Below, in pieces: positions 1 through 8,409 of a DNA stretch of 41,507 bases. The DNA comes from Bacteroidota bacterium (GTDB taxonomy: Bacteria > Bacteroidota > Bacteroidia > Chitinophagales > JACZTA01), in NCBI GenBank assembly GCA_022573915.1, contig JACZTA010000002.1:1-41507 (forward strand). The letters run 5' to 3'. The notes beneath the pieces were generated by a model. It did no database searches. It was given only the letters and a program-made list of their open reading frames with translations, and had not been told where the DNA came from. A program made the position numbers and the translations under genes. The stretch's first letter is position 1, and each line of letters opens with the position of its first letter.

Positions 1-26
1 AAGACACTTTGTTTTTTTATCTAATG

Positions 27-767
27 TTAGACGAAATATAGTAAATTTTCAGCCACAAACCGCAAACCAATCGGTAAAATAAAACTGCCTGATATCAACC
101 CATTTTCTATTTCAAGTATTCTTTTCGTGATATGATATCCAGTTTCATCATCTTTCAAACGGCTGCATATTGATCGGTATAAGTATGCATTTCGCTCTAT
201 CTTGATTACCCCAAAGTTTTCCTCAATTTCTTTAATCATTTCCTTGCCCGAATGCAACGGTGGTTCGTGAGAATGATCTTCTTGCCATGCTTTAAGGGGA
301 TCTTTGATATATTCTGAAAACTTCTCTTCCCGAATGATTGCGGAAAGGATTGAAATCGTATCATAATACCATCGTGTTGTATTTAGATCCACCATTTCAC
401 GATCAAAATCTTCAATGATTAGTTTACCCCCTTTTTTCAGTAATAATTTTGTATGATGCAAAGTTTTTTTAAGATTGTGAATGTGATGAAGTGAGCGCGT
501 AAATAGGATGATGTCAAACGGATCGTCTTTAAATGATAAAAAATCAAGGTGCTTGGCAGGCACACCTTTTTTTATAGCTAATTCAACTGCTTTTGCATCT
601 GTATCCAACGCGGTGAGGGCTATACCAGTTTTTAGTAGCTCATATCCGAGATCACCAGAACCAAAGCCAACCTCAAGAATTCGTAAATCCTTATTTGTAA
701 TAAATTTTTGAACATAGTTGAGAGTTTCTTCATTGAAAACATTAATTTTTGATTTGACCCTTTTCAT
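27..767 (-). CDS. class I SAM-dependent methyltransferase
   Basis: 246-aa ORF. It has the Rossmann motif I 'ILEVGFGSGDLG' followed by the acidic 'ALDTD', and 'KKGGKLIIEDF' typical of Methyltransf_11/25-type enzymes. Confidence 0.8.
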   Translation of the reverse strand: MKRVKSKINVFNEETLNYVQKFITNKDLRILEVGFGSGDLGYELLKTGIALTALDTDAKAVELAIKKGVPAKHLDFLSFKDDPFDIILFTRSLHHIHNLKKTLHHTKLLLKKGGKLIIEDFDREMVDLNTTRWYYDTISILSAIIREEKFSEYIKDPLKAWQEDHSHEPPLHSGKEMIKEIEENFGVIKIERNAYLYRSICSRLKDDETGYHITKRILEIENGLISGSFILPIGLRFVAENLLYFV

Positions 768-818
768 ATTGGTTGTATTTCAGCTAACGGTTTGAATAAA
801 CGCCCGTTTTAATGCGGT

Positions 819-1163
819 TTATTTGTTGTCAGCCTTACTGTTTCTTTCCAATGTCATTACAAATGCAACTGCTTTTCTAGTAAAATCAGCCCATTTGCCG
901 GAATGTTTAAAGGGTAAAGAAACCCATCCTTTCATAGGCTTGTCAGGAGCATAGAGATGCGAAGCCATGCTTGAACCATCCAGCTTTAGTGCTTCCAGCC
1001 GGGTTTTTTCATCCAGTTTGAACAGCATACTATCTTGCCATAAAATGGCAACTGCTTTTCCATTCATGGTTTTAATGCAGGATGCACCAAACATTTTCCC
1101 TGCAACGGCGCCAGGTACTTCATTGACAATTTGATGAAATAGCTCTTCGGATTGGGTCATCAT
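819..1163 (-). CDS. TfoX N-terminal domain-like protein
   Basis: 114-aa ORF. The pattern 'KMFGASCIKTMNGKAVAILWQDSMLFKLDE...MKGWVSLPF' matches my recollection of the TfoX_N fold family (MFGG..l...gkmFa.i.dd.LylK). Recognition is by eye only. Confidence 0.5.
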   Translation of the reverse strand: MMTQSEELFHQIVNEVPGAVAGKMFGASCIKTMNGKAVAILWQDSMLFKLDEKTRLEALKLDGSSMASHLYAPDKPMKGWVSLPFKHSGKWADFTRKAVAFVMTLERNSKADNK

Positions 1164-1209
1164 GAAGCAATTTTCTTATAGTTTCAATGAAGACTATAGG
1201 GTTTTATTA

Positions 1210-3453
1210 TTACAACTTAGGCAATACCCTCTCAAGTTGGTTTCTGAATTGAAACTTCAAATCAGCAATATTTTTGTAGATCGTTCTAAAATGCCCCAAG
1301 TCATCTAGTTTTTTCCTGAAATCTAACAGGCTTTTAATTTCATCTGTTATTTCTTCTGTATTTATTGGAGCATCTTTAAAGTAGGTATAAACCAAAGGCT
1401 TCCCTGTTTTTTTAAATTGACCAAAGGCTGTTTCAAATTCCTCTGCGGTGTACTTACCCACTTTGGTAAAGAACAGGCTTACAAAGATATCTGATTGCTT
1501 CACTACATTATTGTATTCATCTTGTAACCGCGTCTTTGACATCGCATCGATGAAATTTTCCCAAAGTTCCAGTTTTAAGAAAATACCTTCTTCGTAGAGC
1601 CGCTGATTCTCACGGTTAATGAAGATTTCAAATTGCTCTCTGTCTGCCTTAAGTTCTGAGGAAGAGGCCAGAAATATTTTGATGTTTTTTTGCGTTCCCT
1701 GCCGATCTTTGCTTGTAGAATACCCATTCAGGATATCGGTAACAGGAAGATCCTCATCTAACTCATCGTGGTACATTGGTTTGTTTTTTTCTTCCCGATT
1801 AATGAGTTGTAAATAGTCCAACCAATGTTCTTTATAGAGCACCTCCTGCTTGATTGTCATCTCCGGAAATGGCTCATGGAGCCTGCGAAAGGTTTCCCGG
1901 ATGGCATAGAGATAGCTGCGGCTCTCGCCTTTTGTTCCACTTACTTCAACATGAATATAGTTCTTGCGAAAAGTCTGGTAGACTTTTGCCCGGCATGAAC
2001 CATTGGAAATTAGCACACCACTGCGCCATCGATTATCAGCCAGGATGTCCAGGTGCATTTCGACAATAAACCGGGTGATAAATGCATCCGGTGGGAAATC
2101 GTCATAGTTGTAGCGAAAATGCATGGATTTCTTGCTGTCCCATTCAAAATCGGGCTCGATGTCGACAAAAAGATCCGGAATGAAATAAATATCCTGTTGG
2201 TCTTTTGCCCCATAGCAAAGATTGAACTTTTGCATGAGGTTTAAAAGGAAAACATGCCTCGGTTTTGGAAATCGATCACCGGGAAGAATGTCTTCCAGAT
2301 CGTTAATATCCAGGCGGCCCTTATTTTTATCTTTCACAATGGGGTCATTAATGATGGCATAGACGCCATCCATGATCCATTGCGGATTGATCACATTGGT
2401 ATCGATTAGCCGCGGGTCATCCACAAAACTGACCACCGCGCCAATCATGCTGAGCAGTTTCAGGTTGCTTTTACGCTCCTCTGCGGGAAGGTCTTTGATA
2501 AATTCGAGATCTTCATATTCCTGGTAGGTGATAAAATCAGTCCCTTCCGCTTCCAGCTTCTCCAATTGTTCTTTAACCGTAAACCACTCACGCGGGCGCT
2601 GTTCAAAGACACCCGGCATTAGTTTCTTATCACTTACAATTGATGTTATTTTCTTTTTTAGAAGATCGATGGAATCAACGGCTTTAGTATCCTCACAATC
2701 ATGGATACTGGTGCGGACAAAGCCAATGATATTCGGGTAATCGCGCTCAAGGCTTTTTCGATCCAGATCGTGTGGATCCAGGTCTATTTTATTAATGACC
2801 ACCAGAACCGGCGCTTTGTTCCCTAACTGATTGGCCAGCTTGAGCCAATGATTGAGCTCATTTCGTTCCCTGCGGGCAAGTGTAACCAATACGTACAGGG
2901 TTCGCTCCGAGAAAAAAAACTGGTGTGTGCTGCGCATAAATTCCTGCCCGCCAAGATCCCATATATTGAGGCGGATATCCTTGTCTTTATAGGGAATTTT
3001 GATCTGACTGCGCTCTATTCCATGTGTGGTTGTTATATCTCTCTCAATCTCTCCTTTTCTGAGGTATTCAATCAAATGGGTTTTGCCATAATTGCTTTCG
3101 CCGATAAAAATGACTTTGGCTTCATGTATGGGCTGCAAGGTTCCGGCTTTTTGCGCCCTTTGCCATTTGAGTATTTCCTGGATTTGTTCTTTTGGGGGTA
3201 ACTCAAATATTTCAGCGCCGACCTTAAATTGATTGTTATACAAACTAAGCGAGGTCAGATTACTCAGCTTTGAAAAACTCTCCGGCAGGCTGCTCAATTG
3301 ATTGTTTTCTAAATCAAGCATTGTCAGGTTACTCAGCTCACGGATCTCTTTTGGAAGTTTTCTTAGTTGTAATCGCCGCAAATCCAGTCTCTTCGAATTC
3401 TCTTGTTTGGCCTCCTGAATGATCCGCAATGCTTTTTGGTAGTTTTTATCCAT
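1210..3453 (-). CDS. ROCO-family protein: LRR, Roc (Ras-of-complex) GTPase, COR, and a C-terminal TIR/DUF4062-like domain
   Basis: 747 aa. LRRs lie at aa ~22-75 ('LSNLTMLDLENNQLSSLPESFSKLSNLTSLSLYNNQF'). The GTPase motifs are the P-loop 'GESNYGKT' (aa 118-125), switch II 'DLGGQE' (166-171) and 'NKID' (221-224). COR-like motifs include 'REWFTVKEQLE', 'NPQWIMDGVYAIIND' and 'YFIPDLF' (aa ~280-545). The C-terminal aa ~590-700 read 'KIFLASSSELKADRE...SDIFVSLFFTKVGKYTAEEFETA...GKPLVYTYFK'. Confidence 0.8.
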   Translation of the reverse strand: MDKNYQKALRIIQEAKQENSKRLDLRRLQLRKLPKEIRELSNLTMLDLENNQLSSLPESFSKLSNLTSLSLYNNQFKVGAEIFELPPKEQIQEILKWQRAQKAGTLQPIHEAKVIFIGESNYGKTHLIEYLRKGEIERDITTTHGIERSQIKIPYKDKDIRLNIWDLGGQEFMRSTHQFFFSERTLYVLVTLARRERNELNHWLKLANQLGNKAPVLVVINKIDLDPHDLDRKSLERDYPNIIGFVRTSIHDCEDTKAVDSIDLLKKKITSIVSDKKLMPGVFEQRPREWFTVKEQLEKLEAEGTDFITYQEYEDLEFIKDLPAEERKSNLKLLSMIGAVVSFVDDPRLIDTNVINPQWIMDGVYAIINDPIVKDKNKGRLDINDLEDILPGDRFPKPRHVFLLNLMQKFNLCYGAKDQQDIYFIPDLFVDIEPDFEWDSKKSMHFRYNYDDFPPDAFITRFIVEMHLDILADNRWRSGVLISNGSCRAKVYQTFRKNYIHVEVSGTKGESRSYLYAIRETFRRLHEPFPEMTIKQEVLYKEHWLDYLQLINREEKNKPMYHDELDEDLPVTDILNGYSTSKDRQGTQKNIKIFLASSSELKADREQFEIFINRENQRLYEEGIFLKLELWENFIDAMSKTRLQDEYNNVVKQSDIFVSLFFTKVGKYTAEEFETAFGQFKKTGKPLVYTYFKDAPINTEEITDEIKSLLDFRKKLDDLGHFRTIYKNIADLKFQFRNQLERVLPKL

Positions 3454-3613
3454 AGATTTTAATTTTTACTTAGGATTATAAAGTAACCATAATAAATGAT
3501 GTGAAACACATTGATTTTTCCAAAACACTCCTTTGGGATTTGAGATTTGAACCTATCGCTGCACTGTATTGATAAGCTGCGTTTTAAAACACTTATCTTT
3601 TGGTATAACCTGT

Positions 3614-4486
3614 TTAAAATTTGGTAAGTTTTCTTGTTTCTTTGGTCATGTAATCCATAATATAAACCTCAGATTTACCCTCTTTTGCCATAACGAATAG
3701 GATCTCGCGCTGATCCAGCGTCAGCGTATATCATTTGGCGAAAAAGAGGGCAGCATCACATCTTTAAATCCATTTGTCACTTGCTCAACTTTTAAATGTT
3801 CTAAGTCCAGAATATAGAAATCTTGAGAATCGTCAGTATGGTTCGTATAAATAAGTTTGTTTAACTTATTCATCATTGCAGGAGCAACTTGATTTGTATT
3901 GCTTGCAAAGATTCTTACCACATCCGAGCCATCATTTTTCATTCTGAAAAGTTGGTAACTTCCTGATCTTTTGGAGTTGAAATAGATATGCTTGCCATCT
4001 TTGCACCAACTTGGACGAAAAATCATTTGCAGCGTTATTTGTTAAATTTTTGATATTGCCGCCATCAGAGTTCATAATACATAGTTCCCTGGTACCTTTA
4101 AGACGACATTCAAATGTGATTAAACGACCTGAAGGTGAAAATGCACCAGCCCCCAACCTTCCATCCGTATGGGTTAACTTTTTGATTTCAGCGGTTTGTA
4201 AAGTATATTCATAAAGCTGGGAACTGCCATCTCTATTTGAATTGAACAGAATTTTATTTCCATCCGGGGACCATGAAGGTTCACTGTCACCGTTGTCATT
4301 AACAGTGATTTGTCTCATATTAGTACCATCTCTATTGATTGTGTAAATTTCGAAGTCTCCATCATTATTTGAATAAAAAACAATTCTGCTGCCGTCGGGA
4401 GACCATTTTGGGCCGTAACTATTTACCTTTGTCTGCGACAATGTCAGATTTGGAAATAACAAGATTATAAATATTAACTTTTTCAT
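3614..4486 (-). pseudogene. TolB-like PD40 beta-propeller repeat protein, frameshifted
   Basis: A signal peptide 'MKKLIFIILLFPNLTLSQ' starts at 4486. Repeated 'SPDG..I.F.SNRDG..ElY' blades follow. The reading frame breaks at ~4020-4030, where an extra T in a T-run separates 'NNAANDF' from 'RPSWCKDGKHIYFNSKRSG'. It breaks again near 3721, with a final blade 'LDQREILFVMAKEGKSEVYIMD' in a third frame ending at 3614. Confidence 0.6.
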
Positions 4487-4787
4487 GCAGGGGCTTCTTA
4501 AAATTTTGTTGACCTCTTTGAAGTTCTTTGAGTTCTTTCTTCGCCTTATCCAGTAAACCACTCAAATTCCAGCCAATGTCGACTATTTTGCGGAAATAAC
4601 GCTTCGCCAGCTCACGATTTTCCTGTTTGTAGTATTCTCCTGTTAAAGCAAGCGCTTCAACCCAAAACCAGGCTCTTGAATTGTAGTTATCAACATCTGC
4701 GATTCTCTTGTAATATTCTACGGCCTGTGCTTTTTTGATCTTGTGATTGTAATAATTGCCCAGGTATAAATTGGTGTACGGGTCCAA
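4419..4787 (-). pseudogene. TPR-like repeat protein fragment, probably 5'-truncated
   Basis: TPR-like helices 'AQAVEYYKRIADVDNYNSRAWFWVEALALTGEYYKQENRELAKRYFRKI'. No ATG is present, only a TTG at 4787. The open frame continues upstream into the oppositely oriented neuC fragment. The 3' end overlaps the TolB-like signal peptide region. Confidence 0.35.
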
Positions 4788-4808
4788 GCGGTTTTCTGCA
4801 AGAAGCTT

Positions 4809-5156
4809 TTGTCCCAGGTTTTCAATTATTTTATCAACTTCGACCCGGAGGACTATGCGGCGGTTTTGAACAATGCTAAATGTTGCGTTGGAAATTCTTC
4901 TTCCTTTATCCGGGAGGGTGGGTATTTAGGCGTACCGGCTGTTATGATTGGAGACCGGCAAGAGGGCCGGGAGCATGGAGAAAACGTTGTTTATTGCGGA
5001 TATAGTGGAACGGAAATAACCGAAGCCGTTTCACTTCAATCCTCGCACAAGAGGTTTGAATCGAGTAAAAAATATGGAGCAGGTAAAAGTGGAACGAAGA
5101 TAGCTGAGATACTTGTAAGTATTGATCTTGATTTTCGTAAGATGATTACCTATTAA
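4809..5156 (+). pseudogene. neuC: 3' fragment of UDP-GlcNAc 2-epimerase (hydrolysing), NeuC-like; the N-terminal ~2/3 is missing
   Basis: Only ~115 aa remain. 'VGNSSSFIREGGYLGVPAVMIGDRQEGRE' matches the conserved NeuC C-terminal block (GNSSSGiiEap...P.vNIGdRQkGR). No upstream N-terminal epimerase sequence exists, and the fragment abuts a minus-strand TPR fragment. Confidence 0.65.
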
Positions 5157-5179
5157 ACTCCCACGGTCAAAATCATCGT

Positions 5180-5872
5180 ATGAGAATTTTAGCAATTGTT
5201 CCGGCACGCGGAGGTTCAAAGGGGATAAAAGATAAGAATATCATCAGGATCAGTGGAAAACCTCTCATTTCTTATACGATCGATCTTTCAATAGTTCTAA
5301 TAAAGAGAAAACTGATAGCAAAGGCCATTTTATCTTCTGATTCAGAAAAGATCATTCAAGTAGCAAAAAAACAAGGTCTGGAGGTTCCGTTTAGAAGGCC
5401 AAAGAAGTTTGCCTCGGACAGATCCAAAGCAATTGAATATATACTTCACGCGATAGAATATTTCGAAAACAGAGGTGAGAAATTTGATTCAGTTTTGATT
5501 CTACAGCCAACTTCACCTCTGCGAAACGTTCGGGATGTCACCGCAGCAATTAATTTATTTATTAGATCCAGGACAAATTCACTTATTAGCGTTTATAAAG
5601 AAGAGTATATCAATGAGTTAGTGATGTATAAAATGAAAAACAAAGGAAAGGTTGGCGTACCTTTAAATAAAGATCATTCAAAAGGTGTGCGAAGACAGGA
5701 ACATGGTTCGACCTATGTTCGTAACGGTTGCATATACCTGACGAAGGTGAGTTATTTAAAGAGATTCAATCAATTGATCTCACCGAACCCTGTATTGTAC
5801 GAGATGCCGAAGAGGAGATCAATAAATCTGGACACACCAGAGGATCTCAGCATCCTTAAAAAGCTAATATGA
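5180..5872 (+). CDS. acylneuraminate (ulosonic acid) cytidylyltransferase family protein, NeuA-like
   Basis: 230 aa. The N-terminal 'ILAIVPARGGSKGIKDKNI' and 'LQPTSPLR' are hallmark CTP_transf_3 (NeuA/KdsB-type) motifs. Confidence 0.8.
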   Translation: MRILAIVPARGGSKGIKDKNIIRISGKPLISYTIDLSIVLIKRKLIAKAILSSDSEKIIQVAKKQGLEVPFRRPKKFASDRSKAIEYILHAIEYFENRGEKFDSVLILQPTSPLRNVRDVTAAINLFIRSRTNSLISVYKEEYINELVMYKMKNKGKVGVPLNKDHSKGVRRQEHGSTYVRNGCIYLTKVSYLKRFNQLISPNPVLYEMPKRRSINLDTPEDLSILKKLI

Positions 5873-6807
5873 AAATAGGTATTCTGGAATCGAAGAATTT
5901 TTCAGCTGAAGCGACTGCTAGACTCAATAGGTTAGGTGAAGTATTTCATTACACAAAAGGATCTGTTTCAAATTTTATAAGAGACAAGGAAGTGCTTTTT
6001 GTTCGGTTGAAGTATATGCTTGACGAGAAGTTTTTAGGGTATGCAAAGGCTTTAGAATATTTATGTTCTCCCACGACGGGTTTAAATCACATAGATCTCC
6101 GGTACATAGCTAAGAAGAAAATTGATCTTATTTCACTGAATGGAGAACGGCAATTTCTAAATCAAATTAAAGCAACGCCCGAGCACGGACTGGGTTTGAT
6201 CCTTTCCCTGCTTAGAAACTATAAGGATGCTTATTTAGGTAAGCAGAATGACCAATGGGACAGGGAGCGATTTGTTGGTGAAGAGTTGTTTGAAAACAAG
6301 GTTGGAATAATTGGTTTTGGCCGGGTTGGCAGTATTCTGGCTAAATACGTGACCGCAATGGGATCCGATGTTTTATTTTTTGATCCGAATAATAAAATTA
6401 AATATCCGAAAAACGTCAGGAAATCCACAAGCATTGAAAGGTTGATCAACCTTTCAAACATCATCATATTATGCGCCTCATACCGCGCAGGTCAAAAACG
6501 AGTCCTTGATAAAAAGCTTATCAATGCGATGAAGGGAAAATATTTTGTGAATATCGCCAGAGGGGAATTGCTTGATGAAAATCATCTTATCTCCAAAATT
6601 AGCGCAAGCTATTTCAAGGGAATAGCGTTGGATGTGATTCAGGGTGAAAATAGTGAGAAGAACAATCTTAAGAAGTTGATCAGTTTATCCGAAAAAAATA
6701 ATTTGATATTAACTCCACATATTGCAGGAGTGACAGTTGAATCATTCAAGAAAACGGAATTGTTCATTGTGAAGAAATTAGCTAAGAATCTAACGATTTC
6801 GAAATAA
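5869..6807 (+). CDS. D-isomer-specific 2-hydroxyacid dehydrogenase family protein (NAD-binding)
   Basis: 312 aa. Motifs are 'VGIIGFGRVGSILAKY' (GxGxxG), 'NIARGELLDE', 'LDVIQGE' and 'TPHIAGVT'. A 4-nt ATGA overlap with the upstream gene suggests translational coupling. Confidence 0.8.
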   Translation: MKIGILESKNFSAEATARLNRLGEVFHYTKGSVSNFIRDKEVLFVRLKYMLDEKFLGYAKALEYLCSPTTGLNHIDLRYIAKKKIDLISLNGERQFLNQIKATPEHGLGLILSLLRNYKDAYLGKQNDQWDRERFVGEELFENKVGIIGFGRVGSILAKYVTAMGSDVLFFDPNNKIKYPKNVRKSTSIERLINLSNIIILCASYRAGQKRVLDKKLINAMKGKYFVNIARGELLDENHLISKISASYFKGIALDVIQGENSEKNNLKKLISLSEKNNLILTPHIAGVTVESFKKTELFIVKKLAKNLTISK

Positions 6808-6808
6808 G

Positions 6809-8407
6809 ATGACAGCGGAAAAGAAGGTTCTGGTGTGCAACATAGTATCTCCTCATATTGTTTCTTATGCGAGGAAAAAGAATTTTGAAGCAATTCTTAC
6901 ACACGGAATAATGCCGGGATATGACACCACTACTGAAGATTTTAAGATTATTGATACCAATATTTATCGAAAAAAAGGTAGTTGGCGTGCTTATAATGAT
7001 AATAAAGTGATTCTTGATAGATTAAAAGAGAAGTTTCCGAACCTATTCAAACATAATGGTTATGATCTGACAAAAGGGTTATACAAACATGTTTATTGGA
7101 CCAATTACAAGGATGGATATGTCAAAGTTGCAGTAGAAGAAAACGAATTAAGAGACGCAGTTTTAGTTCATTATCATCCAAATTTCCTAAACCGTTTAGT
7201 GAGACGATTTGGACAAATGGTTACATCAGGCCAAGAGAATAAATACCATAAAGCGATGAGACGGCCGCTTAAACCACTTGATAAGATATACGATGTGATC
7301 TTCTTTGTTGATTCCTTGATGACACTTGATAATTGGCAGTTTCTGATCAGGGAGTTTGATCCTTACCGGACCGCCATTTATCATATGGCAGCAAAATCGA
7401 ACAAAATCCTTGAGAAAAGGATTAACGAACTGCCTTTTGATGTCATTAATGAAGGGCCAATATTGTCCAATGCTCCTCTTAGTTATAAGCGTAACGGCTT
7501 GATAGCAGAGGAAGTAATCATGATGCAACAGATTGCCGGAGCACGTTCTAAATTTTTTCATTTTCTCAGGGAGTTTGAATTATTGGCGGAGGCATGTAAA
7601 AAATCGTTTGTTGTAAACGGTTTTGAGAATGATTTTACAGGAAATCTACTACACGAAGTGGCCGCTAAAAAGGGACTTTATGTTTTTAATACAACAAATG
7701 GGACAAGAGCAGGGAATGCTACCTGCGCAGATTCCGAATTTGATGCTTTTCTGATCTGGGATGAGAAAATGAGAACTATTCTTATTGAGGAAGCGAAAAT
7801 TGATTCACGGCAGGTAGTCAACCTTGAAGGTCATTTGTTGGAAGATGTTATGTCGAGACATAGATTTTCAAATTCTCTTGAGCTGGATCTAAGTGATATT
7901 GAGGACAAACGAGTAATCACTTTCGGATCCTGCCAGGGTTTTAGAAAGGATAAGATAGATGCCTTGGATGTTTTATACGGGATGTTAAAGGAAAATAAAG
8001 ACCTGGTACTTTTATACAGGCCGCATCCACGAGAAACGCCGCTTGACTATTATTTGCCGAAGGATGATCAAATACAAGACCGGTTCTTTTTAATAAAATA
8101 TGATGAGGAGAATAATAAAACGACATTGTATGATCAGTTATTTATCACTGACGTAACTGTCGTTCCTACTTCGACGGTTGCTCTGGAATCGAGCTGGGCT
8201 GGCGTTCCTGCAATAACATTTGAACAGAATGATACGCCGTTGTTGTATTGTGTGGATGAAGAAACTATTTTTCACGTGAAGGTCAAAGACCATTTGGCTG
8301 ATAAGGTCAATGAGTTGCTACAACAGCAACCGAAAAAGAATGATAAAGAGGTGACGAATTATGCAAAGGTCTATGCAGATTTTATTAAAGCATTTGAAAA
8401 GAACTGA
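6809..8407 (+). CDS. hypothetical protein; C-terminal half resembles KpsS/KpsC-type (Capsule_synth) or other 'HP-motif' CMP/CDP-sugar-dependent transferases
   Basis: 532 aa. 'LVLLYRPHPRE' (HP motif) is followed by 'VTVVPTSTVALESSWAGVPAITFE', which resembles the '..K.HP...' and 'STvGlEAl..GkPV' blocks of capsule beta-Kdo transferases. The N-terminal ~300 aa are unrecognised. That this is a real CDS is confident; the function is tentative. Confidence 0.45.
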   Translation: MTAEKKVLVCNIVSPHIVSYARKKNFEAILTHGIMPGYDTTTEDFKIIDTNIYRKKGSWRAYNDNKVILDRLKEKFPNLFKHNGYDLTKGLYKHVYWTNYKDGYVKVAVEENELRDAVLVHYHPNFLNRLVRRFGQMVTSGQENKYHKAMRRPLKPLDKIYDVIFFVDSLMTLDNWQFLIREFDPYRTAIYHMAAKSNKILEKRINELPFDVINEGPILSNAPLSYKRNGLIAEEVIMMQQIAGARSKFFHFLREFELLAEACKKSFVVNGFENDFTGNLLHEVAAKKGLYVFNTTNGTRAGNATCADSEFDAFLIWDEKMRTILIEEAKIDSRQVVNLEGHLLEDVMSRHRFSNSLELDLSDIEDKRVITFGSCQGFRKDKIDALDVLYGMLKENKDLVLLYRPHPRETPLDYYLPKDDQIQDRFFLIKYDEENNKTTLYDQLFITDVTVVPTSTVALESSWAGVPAITFEQNDTPLLYCVDEETIFHVKVKDHLADKVNELLQQQPKKNDKEVTNYAKVYADFIKAFEKN

Positions 8408-8409
8408 GA

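Noticed and set aside
1175-1212. An 8-bp hairpin (CTTATAGT / ACTATAGG, 1175-1182 / 1193-1200) between the ROCO gene and the TfoX-like gene, considered as an intrinsic terminator.
   Set aside because: The U-tract ('GTTTTATT') follows the hairpin only in the plus orientation, whereas both flanking genes are on the minus strand. In the minus orientation the stem is followed by 'AAAATTGC'. It may be incidental or a processing or attenuation element, which I cannot support.
3530-3600. A T-loop-like 'GGTTCAAATC' (minus strand, around 3545-3565) suggested a tRNA or tRNA fragment, and so a possible integration site.
   Set aside because: I could not fold the surrounding ~75 nt into a cloverleaf. There is no acceptor stem pairing, no D-arm consensus, and the T-stem pairs poorly. 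No integrase or direct repeat is nearby.
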